A stretch of 64,000 nt of DNA from Bacteroidaceae bacterium (lineage in GTDB: Bacteria > Bacteroidota > Bacteroidia > Bacteroidales > Bacteroidaceae): NCBI GenBank assembly GCA_017940565.1, contig JAGAYH010000021.1, forward strand, positions 8,363 to 72,362, in the 5' to 3' direction. The notes beneath the pieces are model-generated. The model was not told the origin of the DNA, did not search any database, and saw only the letters and a program-made list of their open reading frames with translations. How positions within the stretch are numbered: the stretch's first letter is position 1; the number at the start of each line of letters is the position of its first letter. Of this stretch, positions 32,955 to 41,069 are shown in pieces. The translations under genes were made by a program, and so were the position numbers.

Positions 32955-33395
32955 ATGAAAAAAATTCTACTCGCCCTATTGGCTGCCGCAGCGCTTCCGG
33001 GATGCACAGAGAGCGCCCCGGAAGGCACAGACACGCCCGAAGCATGTGCCACCGGCTTTGTCACGGCGTTTTACAACTTTGATTTCAAGCGCTCTCTGGC
33101 CCTGTGCGCCGACAGCAGCGACCAATGGCTGCGCCTGTTTGCGGCCAATCTGAGCGAAGACGACGTGGAAGACATCAGAGCCCTCACGTCGGTTCCCGCG
33201 ATTGACCGTTGCAAGGTGACAAGGCAGGCCGGCGACTCGGCCACCGTGGTGTGTGAACTGAGCCATGTCTTCCTGCTCGACACCATCGGCAGCCGGGGCC
33301 ACATGGCCGACGAAGCCACGGTGACCCTGCATCTGGTCAAGTCCGAAGGGCTCTGGAAGGTCAGAATGGCAGACCTACCGCGAAGTGGAACGTAA
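32955..33395 (+). CDS. hypothetical lipoprotein
   Basis: 146 aa. The signal peptide has a lipobox-like LPGC (MKKILLALLAAAALPGCTES). Confidence 0.6.
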   Translation: MKKILLALLAAAALPGCTESAPEGTDTPEACATGFVTAFYNFDFKRSLALCADSSDQWLRLFAANLSEDDVEDIRALTSVPAIDRCKVTRQAGDSATVVCELSHVFLLDTIGSRGHMADEATVTLHLVKSEGLWKVRMADLPRSGT

Positions 33396-35727
33396 GGTCG
33401 CGGCTCAAGCGCGGATGTAGCAAGGGGTAGTGTTCGCGTCCGCTGGAATAGGCGGGATCTACGGCGCGCATGCCGAAATCAAAGCGGAGAATGAAGTAAT
33501 CAAGGTTCAGCCGCAGTCCCATACCGTAGGAAGCAGCTATCTGCTTGTAGAACGTATCGAAGCGGAACTGTCCGCCGGGTTGGGCCTCGTAGTCGCGAGT
33601 GTTCCACACGTTGCCGGCATCTATGAACAGGGCGCCGTGAAGTTTCCAGAAGAGGAAAGAGCGCCACTCCATGTTGACCAGCAGTTTGAGGTTACCCGTC
33701 TGATTGATGAAGTCCACCTTGCCGTCTTTACCGGTGTAGCGTCCGGGGCCGAGCTGTCGCACCGACCATCCGCGTATGCTGTTGGGACCTCCGGCAAAGT
33801 AGCGTTTTTCAAAGGGGATGATGGAGGCATTGCCGTAGGGGACGGCCAGTCCGAAGGCTGTGTGGAAAGCGAAAGAGTTCCTGTTGTCAACCAGGATGTT
33901 TCTGGAATAATCAAAGTCCAACTTGGCGTACTGCGCAAACGCCACGTTGAAGAAGTTGTAGGCTCCGTTGTCATCTTTCTTGGCGTTGGTGGCCTGCGCC
34001 AGGGCGTAGAGCAGGTTTCCGGCCGACTCGACGCTGAAGTGGAACTGATAGGCGTTCTTCTGATACATGCTGGCATTGGAGAGGTTGCCCGTCGAGTTGT
34101 ACATGAAGGAGTATGCCGAGTTGACAATGAACAGGTTTTCGTAGCTGTAGCGTATGATGGCAGAGCGTCTGCTGTCGTCATCGAGATAGTCACGGCGGAA
34201 GGTGGACGAAATCCAAGGCATGAAGACGTAGTTCAGACTGACGGCGTCCACTTTCTGCTGTATGCGGTTGTGATTGTTATGCCAGCGGTAGCTCCAGGCA
34301 CCTGTGAGCACGCGGCGGTGGAATTCGGGGCGGTCCTGCGAATTAAATTGCAGCGAGAGTTCAGACATGCCGTTAAGCCCCTGGCGTTTGCTCTCCGAGA
34401 GGAAAGGCAGAATGATGCGGGGGAAACTCAGATGTGTTTCAGCCGAAATTTCAAAATAGTTCTGGTCGTTATATCCCTCCAGACCCGTGATGGCCTCGAA
34501 AGCGCCTTTGAGTTTGGTGGTCCACACCTCCGAGCCGCGGAAGAGATTGCGGTTGGTAAAGGAAACCGAAGAGGCCACGCCCAGGTCGCCCGACGTGTTG
34601 GTGCCTTCCAGCTCGGCCGAAATGCTGTTCACCTTGTTCGTCTGCAGCGTCACGTGGCAGTCCAGCCGCCCGCTGTCGGCCTGCTCCATGCGTATGATGG
34701 CATAGCGCAGGGCCTGGAGGTTACTGAAATTGCGGTAGCTCGAACGCACGTTGTCCTCATTATAGCGGTCGCCGGGCAGGAGTTTCATTTGGGAATAGAT
34801 GACGTTGGGACGCAGCTGTCGTGAGCCGTGGTAGCGCAGTTCCATTCCGCGGTAGCTCACGGTGTCGCAATGCTGCTGCGCCTCCTGTTCGAGATTGACG
34901 TCAACCACCACGTTGCGAATGGAATAACGCGTGTATATGCCCGTGGTGTCGGCAGCCACGGTTTTGCCCTCCACAAACATGGTCAGCGCGATGTCGTCGG
35001 GGCCGCGCAGGGTGTCCACCTCGAACGACACGAAGTTTTTCAGCACGCGGTAGTATCCCTCGCGGTGGAGCAACGACACCACGCGGTCGCGCTCCTTGTC
35101 GAGCAGACCGGCGTCGCAGGGCATATTTATTTTAAGGTAACTGTCGCTTTCGTAGTGGCGGAGCACCGAGTCAACCTCGCTGTCGTCCACCACGGTGCGG
35201 TAGGTTCGGATGTAGTAGCGCCGGCCGGGCTTCATGAGGTATTTCAGTTTGACCTTGTGCTCGTATTCTTCCATGAAACGCTCCGTTTCCGCCTGCAGGT
35301 AGCCCTTGTTGCGCATGGCCATCGTCAGATTGTCGCGCGAGAGCTCGGCAAGCGAGGGTTCGTAGATGACGGGTGCCTCGCCGATGCGGCGGAAAAACTT
35401 GTTGATGCCCTTGGTGCTGTCACGCCCCGACACACAGTAGAGCCCCAGCGGCACTTTCACGAGACTGAACCAGCGGGCGTTGGCTTCCTGACGCACATAG
35501 CCGCGGTAGGCCGACGCATCCACCTTGCGGTCGTTGCTCTTCAGCGTGACCGACGAGAGCACCTGCTGCCCCTCGGAGAGAAACTTGCCCGAAGAACAGC
35601 CCTGGAGCACCATGGCCAGAGCCAGAACCAATGCCGGAATTAAAAAATGACGCTTCAAACGCAGAATTTTGGCACAAAGGTAACACTTTATCAAAAATTC
35701 TTTCGTATTTTCGCCGCACAAAATCAT
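33361..35727 (-). CDS. Omp85-superfamily (BamA/TamA-like) outer-membrane protein
   Basis: 788 aa after the start was moved to the ATG at 35727; the longer ORF would overlap the divergent trmH-like gene. It has a signal peptide, POTRA-like repeats, and a C-terminal beta-barrel with alternating aromatic residues that ends in GLPF. Confidence 0.7.
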   Translation of the reverse strand: MILCGENTKEFLIKCYLCAKILRLKRHFLIPALVLALAMVLQGCSSGKFLSEGQQVLSSVTLKSNDRKVDASAYRGYVRQEANARWFSLVKVPLGLYCVSGRDSTKGINKFFRRIGEAPVIYEPSLAELSRDNLTMAMRNKGYLQAETERFMEEYEHKVKLKYLMKPGRRYYIRTYRTVVDDSEVDSVLRHYESDSYLKINMPCDAGLLDKERDRVVSLLHREGYYRVLKNFVSFEVDTLRGPDDIALTMFVEGKTVAADTTGIYTRYSIRNVVVDVNLEQEAQQHCDTVSYRGMELRYHGSRQLRPNVIYSQMKLLPGDRYNEDNVRSSYRNFSNLQALRYAIIRMEQADSGRLDCHVTLQTNKVNSISAELEGTNTSGDLGVASSVSFTNRNLFRGSEVWTTKLKGAFEAITGLEGYNDQNYFEISAETHLSFPRIILPFLSESKRQGLNGMSELSLQFNSQDRPEFHRRVLTGAWSYRWHNNHNRIQQKVDAVSLNYVFMPWISSTFRRDYLDDDSRRSAIIRYSYENLFIVNSAYSFMYNSTGNLSNASMYQKNAYQFHFSVESAGNLLYALAQATNAKKDDNGAYNFFNVAFAQYAKLDFDYSRNILVDNRNSFAFHTAFGLAVPYGNASIIPFEKRYFAGGPNSIRGWSVRQLGPGRYTGKDGKVDFINQTGNLKLLVNMEWRSFLFWKLHGALFIDAGNVWNTRDYEAQPGGQFRFDTFYKQIAASYGMGLRLNLDYFILRFDFGMRAVDPAYSSGREHYPLLHPRLSRDLTFHFAVGLPF

Positions 35728-35736
35728 CTGTCGCCC

Positions 35737-36504
35737 ATGATTAGCAAAAACCGACTGAAACAGATCCAAAGCCTTGCCTACAAGAAATACCGCGACCGCG
35801 GAGGGCTCTTCCTGGCTGAAGGTCCCAAGGTGGTGGAAGAGCTGTTGGCCGCCTACCCTCCCGCCTACGTGGCCGCCACGGAGGAATGGCTTGACGCCCA
35901 TCCCCTGCCCGGCGTTGAAACCGAAGTGGTCACGCCCGAAGAACTGCGGCGCGCCAGCCTGATGCAAACACCACAGCACGTGCTTGCCCTGCTGCGCAAG
36001 CCACAGGGCGACACCGACACACTGCCCTCAGGCAACGACGTGAGCAAAAACCTCGTGCTCGCCCTCGACAACATCCAAGACCCGGGCAACCTGGGCACCA
36101 TCGTGCGCATATGCAACTGGTTTGGCATCGGCCACATCGTGTGCTCGCCCGACACCGCCGACGTCTATGCCCCAAAGGTCATCCAGGCCACCATGGGCGC
36201 CCTGGCCAAGGTCAAAGTCCACTACACCCCCCTCGCCGGCTACCTCCGCCAGCTGCCGGCCGACACACCCGTTTACGGCACCTTTCTCGAGGGGAGCAAC
36301 ATCTACACCGAAGCGCTCACACCCGGCGGCATCGTCGTCATGGGCAACGAAGGCAAGGGCGTATCGCCCGAAGTGGCCGCCTGCATCAACCGGCGGCTGT
36401 TCATCCCCCCCTTCCCCACCACGGCAAGCCACGTGGAGAGCCTCAATGTGGCCATCGCCACGGCCATTACCGTGTCGGAATTCCGTCACCGCCTTCACCT
36501 TTAG
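35737..36504 (+). CDS. TrmH/SpoU-family RNA 2'-O-methyltransferase
   Basis: Motifs LDNIQDPGNLGTIVRICNWFG, VMGNEGKGV and ESLNVAIATAI. The start was moved to the ATG at 35737. Confidence 0.8.
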   Translation: MISKNRLKQIQSLAYKKYRDRGGLFLAEGPKVVEELLAAYPPAYVAATEEWLDAHPLPGVETEVVTPEELRRASLMQTPQHVLALLRKPQGDTDTLPSGNDVSKNLVLALDNIQDPGNLGTIVRICNWFGIGHIVCSPDTADVYAPKVIQATMGALAKVKVHYTPLAGYLRQLPADTPVYGTFLEGSNIYTEALTPGGIVVMGNEGKGVSPEVAACINRRLFIPPFPTTASHVESLNVAIATAITVSEFRHRLHL

Positions 36505-36585
36505 CCATATACGCGGCCCGGCGGGCGCCCTGCCCCGCAGACCACAACGGCAGCCCCATCCTTCAAGAAGAAAATTTCATCGAGT

Positions 36586-36602
36586 GGTCGGTCCGACCGA
36601 CC
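36586..36602. repeat. (GGTC)2-C-(GACC)2 palindrome, copy 1
   Basis: GGTCGGTC C GACCGACC, with perfect 8-bp arms. Confidence 0.8.
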
Positions 36603-36750
36603 AACCGCACTAAAGATGCAATATTAAGGAACACAGGCTGATTGCTGACAATTTCATCAAAATTGAAGCGGTCAGTCCCGACCACTTGCCACCCGACGGC
36701 TGCGGCCTGCCTGTCACGCCAGAAAATATCACGGCGCATAAACGTCACGT

Positions 36751-36777
36751 TGTGGCCGGTCCGACCGACCGACCAAC
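36751..36777. repeat. palindromic element, copy 2
   Basis: tgtGGCCGGTCCGACCGACCGACCaac. It is almost identical to the reverse complement of copy 3. Confidence 0.8.
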
Positions 36778-37085
36778 TTGCCGATACGTTACAGATGACT
36801 ACATCATCCATAAGCACACATGCGCAATCGATTGTGCATAGTAGTAAGGTGACAAGGAAACACCCATACTGCTCCAATACGCCGCCACACGTTTCCCCGT
36901 AACCAGGCAACGGGAACTGGGAGGCCACGGGGCGGCCACCGGCGGCATTATGTCTGATTAAGGAGAAAAAACAGGGTACATTGCCAAAACTTAAAAAGAC
37001 AGCCGACCACCCCGACGGTTGCCACATAAAAGCAGAACCCGTTAACAGTAAGCCAACTACAACCGTCAAAGAGGTCAAAACGGGG

Positions 37086-37112
37086 GTGGTCGGTCGGTCG
37101 GACCGACCACAC
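37086..37112. repeat. palindromic element, copy 3 (inverted relative to copy 2)
   Basis: gtGGTCGGTCGGTCGGACCGACCacac. A plus-strand T6 run follows, and the element lies 40 nt downstream of the glgB stop. Confidence 0.8.
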
Positions 37113-37151
37113 GATGTATTTTTTGTTCCGTAGGGGGAGCAGGTGGCGCGG

Positions 37152-39176
37152 TCAGTCCTCGCGGCGCAATACCATGGCTGTGCGGGCGGGCAAATAGAGC
37201 ATCAGACGGCCGTCGGAGGCCGCGTGGTCCGCCCCGTCGCCGTCCAGAGGCACCGTGAAGTGGTCCACCGAGTCGTCTGCCCGTGAGAATCCCCCGTATT
37301 GGGCGGCGTCGCTGTCGAGTTGCACGGTGTATTTGCCAGCCGGCACCACGAGCCCATAGTCGGTGAAACTGCGTGTGGGACTGAAGTTGAACACAAAGAG
37401 CAGGTCGCCGCGCATGAAGGCCAGCACTTGGTCGCCATCGTGCTGGCAGACGCCTGCGACGGGAGTCTTGTCAATCTGACGGACAGAGGTGAGCTGCGAC
37501 AACATGGCGCGGTCGAAGTCGGCAAGCCACTGGTAGCAGAGCGAAGGGTCGTCAGCCAAGTGCCATTGGCGGCGTGCGTAGTGGTAGCTCCATCCGTTGC
37601 CCTCGCGGGGGAAGTCTATCCACTCGGGATGTCCGAACTCGTTGCCCATGAAATTAAGGTATGCGCCGTTGAGCGTGGCGCAGGTGACCAGACGTATCAT
37701 CTTGTGCAGGGCCAATCCGCGACGGACGGTATCGTTCTCGTCGCCGCGGCGCAGATGCCAGTACATGTCGGCATCCATCAGGCGGAAGGCAATGGTCTTG
37801 TCGCCCACGAGGGCCTGGTCGTGGCTCTCGCAGTAGGTCACGGTGTGCTCGTCGGAGCGCCGGTTGGTGAGTTCGTAGAGGATAGACGAAGGATGCCAGT
37901 CCTCATCACGCTGCTCCTTGATGAGTTTAATCCAGTAGTCGGGCACGTTCATGGCCATGCGGTAGTCGAAGCCGTAGCCGCCGTCCTTCAACGGCGAGGC
38001 CAGGCCGGGCATGCCCGACACCTCTTCGGCGATGGTGATGGCCTGGGGATTGACCTCGTGGACCAGGTCGTTGGCCAGCGCGAGATAGCAGAGGGCTTCG
38101 TCGTCCTGATGGCCGTTGAAATAGTCATCGTAGCTGGTGAAAGCCTCACCCAGCCCGTGGCTGTAGTATATCATCGAGGTGACACCGTCGAAGCGGAAGC
38201 CGTCGAACCGATATTCCTCCAGCCAATACTTGCAGTTGGAGAGCAGGAAGTGGATGACCTCGTCCTTACCGTAGTCGAAGCAGAGACTGTCCCACTGGTT
38301 GTGGAGACGGCGCGGCCCGGAGAGGAAGTATTGCGAAGGGTCGCCGGCCAGATTGCCCAGCCCCTCGTTCTCGTTTTTGACAGCGTGGCTGTGGACCAGG
38401 TCCATGATGACGGCAAGGCCCATGCGGTGGGCGTCGTCGATGAGATGCTTCAGCTCGTCGGGGGTGCCGAAACGGCTGGACGGGGCGAAGAAGTTGGACA
38501 CGTGGTAGCCGAAACTGCCATAGTAGGGATGCTCCTGGATGGCCATGATCTGGATGGCATTGTATCCGGCCCGCACCACACGCGGCAGCACAGCGGTGCG
38601 GAATTCTTCGTACGTGCCCACGCGCTCTGCGTCCTGGGCCATGCCAATGTGGCATTCGTAGATGAGCAGCGGGTGACGCTTGGGGCGGAATGCGCCGGCG
38701 GTGAATCGGTAAGGCTCGTCGGGCTGCCACACTTGGGCGGAAAAGACGGCCGTCTGCTCGTCCTGCACGGCACGCCGGCACCACGCCGGCATACGCTCGC
38801 CGCAGCCGCCGTCCCAATAGACTTTCATCTTGTACAGATCGCCGTGCTTCATGCCCGAAAGGGGCAACTGCAGCTCCCACACGCCGTTTTCCAGGCGCTG
38901 CAGGCGGTATATGGCGAGTTCCTGCCAACCGTTGAAGTCGCCGACAAGATATATCTCCGTGGCATTGGGAGCCCACTCGCGGAATACCCATCCCGACGCC
39001 GTGCGGTGCAGACCAAAGTAGAGGTAACCGTCGGCAAACTGCGACAGCGAGCCGCCTGCCGACGCCGCAAGCGCCGCACGCCGGCCGACATAATGGGCAT
39101 GACGCCCGACGATGGCAGCTTCGTAAGGTTTCAGCCAAGGGTCGCGGCGGACGATTCCAAGTGTCTTCTGTCGCAT
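37152..39176 (-). CDS. glgB: 1,4-alpha-glucan branching enzyme (GH13)
   Basis: 674 aa with the GH13 conserved regions DLVHSH, GFRFDGVTSM, AEEVSGMP and YCESHDQALVGDK. Confidence 0.85.
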   Translation of the reverse strand: MRQKTLGIVRRDPWLKPYEAAIVGRHAHYVGRRAALAASAGGSLSQFADGYLYFGLHRTASGWVFREWAPNATEIYLVGDFNGWQELAIYRLQRLENGVWELQLPLSGMKHGDLYKMKVYWDGGCGERMPAWCRRAVQDEQTAVFSAQVWQPDEPYRFTAGAFRPKRHPLLIYECHIGMAQDAERVGTYEEFRTAVLPRVVRAGYNAIQIMAIQEHPYYGSFGYHVSNFFAPSSRFGTPDELKHLIDDAHRMGLAVIMDLVHSHAVKNENEGLGNLAGDPSQYFLSGPRRLHNQWDSLCFDYGKDEVIHFLLSNCKYWLEEYRFDGFRFDGVTSMIYYSHGLGEAFTSYDDYFNGHQDDEALCYLALANDLVHEVNPQAITIAEEVSGMPGLASPLKDGGYGFDYRMAMNVPDYWIKLIKEQRDEDWHPSSILYELTNRRSDEHTVTYCESHDQALVGDKTIAFRLMDADMYWHLRRGDENDTVRRGLALHKMIRLVTCATLNGAYLNFMGNEFGHPEWIDFPREGNGWSYHYARRQWHLADDPSLCYQWLADFDRAMLSQLTSVRQIDKTPVAGVCQHDGDQVLAFMRGDLLFVFNFSPTRSFTDYGLVVPAGKYTVQLDSDAAQYGGFSRADDSVDHFTVPLDGDGADHAASDGRLMLYLPARTAMVLRRED

Positions 39177-39177
39177 A

Positions 39178-40299
39178 TCATTCCACTTGGGCCACGCCCT
39201 TCACATAGGTGCCGCGGCGTATGACCGTGCCGTTGCGGTCTTTCTCCACAAACGGGCCTTCACGCAGTCCGTCCATGTAAGTGCCCTCAAAGCGCACACC
39301 ATTTTTGTCTTCTTCAATACACTTGCCGTGCTTGACTCCTCCCATGAACTGGCCTTTGAATTTTGTACCGTCGGCCATGCGGAGTATGCCTTCACCTTCC
39401 ATCTTGTCTTTTGCCCATCCGCCTTCGTAAACGTCGCCATTGCGCCAGGTATATTTGCCATGGCCATGGCGCATGTCGTCTTTCCACTGGCCCTGATACT
39501 GCGGTCCGTTCTTCCATATCATGGTGCCTTCGCCACTTTTTTCGCCATTGAGGAAATTGCCCACATATTTGTCGCCGTTCTTGAAGGTAAAGACGCCGGC
39601 TCCGGTACGTTCGCCGTGGGCATACTGGCCTTCATAGACATTACCGTTTTTGAAGCGGTAGATGCCTTTGCCGTGCTGGTTGTCATCTTTCCACTCGCCG
39701 TCGTAAACATCGCCGTCGGCGTAGTGATAGGTGCCACGGCCGTTACGTAGATTGTTGGCCCACTCGCCGTCATAGGTAGAGCCGTCGGGCCATAGGAACT
39801 TGCCCTTGCCACTCTTCTTGTCGTCTTTCCACTCGCCGCTGTAGGAGGCGCCGTTGGCATACTGGTAGGTGCCTTTTCCCTGACGCTTGTCCTGAGACCA
39901 GTTGCCCTGGTAGACGTCGCCGTTGTAGTAGTACATCTTGCCCTCACCCTGCTGATAATCACGATACCAAAGGCCGTCGTAGCGGTTGTTGTTCATGAAG
40001 TAATAGACACCGCGGCCGTGCTGCTGGTCCTGCAGCCACTCGCCTTCGTACTTTTCGCCGTCGGTGAAGGTATAAGTGCCCTTGCCCTGGCGTTTGCCCT
40101 TGACATAGTGGCCTTCGTACACGTCACCGCTTTTGAACATCGTTTTACCTTCGCCATGGGGCCTGCCTGCCATCATTTCGCCGGTATATATGGCGCCGTC
40201 TTTGAATGTATAGGTGCCTATACGCAATTTTTGGGCCTGCGCCGGTGCTGCGGAGAGCACGAGTGAGCACAGCAACAGAAGGATTCCTTTACGTTTCAT
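39178..40299 (-). CDS. MORN-repeat protein with a signal peptide
   Basis: 373 aa with more than 12 tandem YxGxWxxxxxxGxG MORN-type repeats. The N-terminal signal is MKRKGILLLLCSLVLSAAPAQA. Confidence 0.8.
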   Translation of the reverse strand: MKRKGILLLLCSLVLSAAPAQAQKLRIGTYTFKDGAIYTGEMMAGRPHGEGKTMFKSGDVYEGHYVKGKRQGKGTYTFTDGEKYEGEWLQDQQHGRGVYYFMNNNRYDGLWYRDYQQGEGKMYYYNGDVYQGNWSQDKRQGKGTYQYANGASYSGEWKDDKKSGKGKFLWPDGSTYDGEWANNLRNGRGTYHYADGDVYDGEWKDDNQHGKGIYRFKNGNVYEGQYAHGERTGAGVFTFKNGDKYVGNFLNGEKSGEGTMIWKNGPQYQGQWKDDMRHGHGKYTWRNGDVYEGGWAKDKMEGEGILRMADGTKFKGQFMGGVKHGKCIEEDKNGVRFEGTYMDGLREGPFVEKDRNGTVIRRGTYVKGVAQVE

Positions 40300-41069
40300 G
40301 ATTTTTCGTCGTTACGAGTTAAATATGCCTCGGCGCGTGCCAAATCGGCGGGGGTGTCAATGCCTATGGTTTCGCGTCGGGTGATACCTACTTTTATATT
40401 ATAGCCGTTTTCGAGCCACCGCAACTGTTCCAGCGACTCCGCCAGTTCAAGCGGCGAGGGCTTGAGCCGGGTTATCTCGGCCAGTGTGGCGGCGGTGTAG
40501 CCGTAGAGGCCGATGTGCTTGTAGAACACATGGTTTGCGAGCCACTCTTCCTTCGGGCAGTTGCGCAGATAGGGAATGACGGAACGGCTGAAGTAGAGGG
40601 CACGCATCGCGGGACTGACCACCACTTTGGGAGAGTTGGGGTTTTCGAGCCGTTCGAGGCCGTCGGCCGGCTCAAAGGGCTTCACCAGCGTGGCAATCTG
40701 GGTGTCGGGGGCGTCAAAGCAGCGTTTCAGCGCTTCCAGTTGTTCTCCATGGATGAAGGGTTCGTCACCCTGCACGTTGACCACGACATCGTAGCCGCCT
40801 CCCACCTTCGTCAGCGCCTCCATACAGCGGTCGGTGCCGCTGCGGTGGTGGGTGCCCGTCATCACGACGTTGCCGCCGAAGCCTGCCACGCATTCGCCGA
40901 TGCGCTCGTCGTCGGTGGCCACGACCGTGTAGTCGAACGATGCCTTCACGCGCTCATAGACCCGCTGCACGATGGGTTTGCCGCCGAGCAAGGCCAGGGG
41001 CTTGCCGGGAAAACGCGTGGAAGCGTAGCGCGCAGGTATGATAGCTATATATCTATGTTTCATTTTCAT
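40296..41069 (-). CDS. kdsB: 3-deoxy-manno-octulosonate cytidylyltransferase
   Basis: IAIIPARYASTRFPGKPL and VVNVQGDEPF motifs. It has 4-nt overlaps with both neighbouring genes. Confidence 0.85.
   Translation of the reverse strand: MKMKHRYIAIIPARYASTRFPGKPLALLGGKPIVQRVYERVKASFDYTVVATDDERIGECVAGFGGNVVMTGTHHRSGTDRCMEALTKVGGGYDVVVNVQGDEPFIHGEQLEALKRCFDAPDTQIATLVKPFEPADGLERLENPNSPKVVVSPAMRALYFSRSVIPYLRNCPKEEWLANHVFYKHIGLYGYTAATLAEITRLKPSPLELAESLEQLRWLENGYNIKVGITRRETIGIDTPADLARAEAYLTRNDEKS

Noticed and set aside
33430-34824. 464-aa plus-strand ORF (also 34828-35643)
   Set aside because: It is antisense to the Omp85-family gene, has no motifs and shows shadow-ORF composition.
35728-35979. N-terminal extension of the Omp85-family ORF
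   Set aside because: It overlaps the divergent trmH-like gene. The signal peptide begins just after the ATG at 35727.
36563-37078. 171-aa minus-strand ORF and 86-aa plus-strand ORF in the trmH-glgB gap
   Set aside because: Both span the GGTC/GACC palindromes, which translate as VGRTGH/VGRTDH. There is no promoter or motif support. The region is better explained as repeat-rich non-coding DNA.
37299-39224. 641-aa plus-strand ORF
   Set aside because: It lies entirely antisense to glgB, which has clear GH13 motifs. Its composition is rich in V, A, G and H, typical of a shadow ORF in GC-rich coding DNA.
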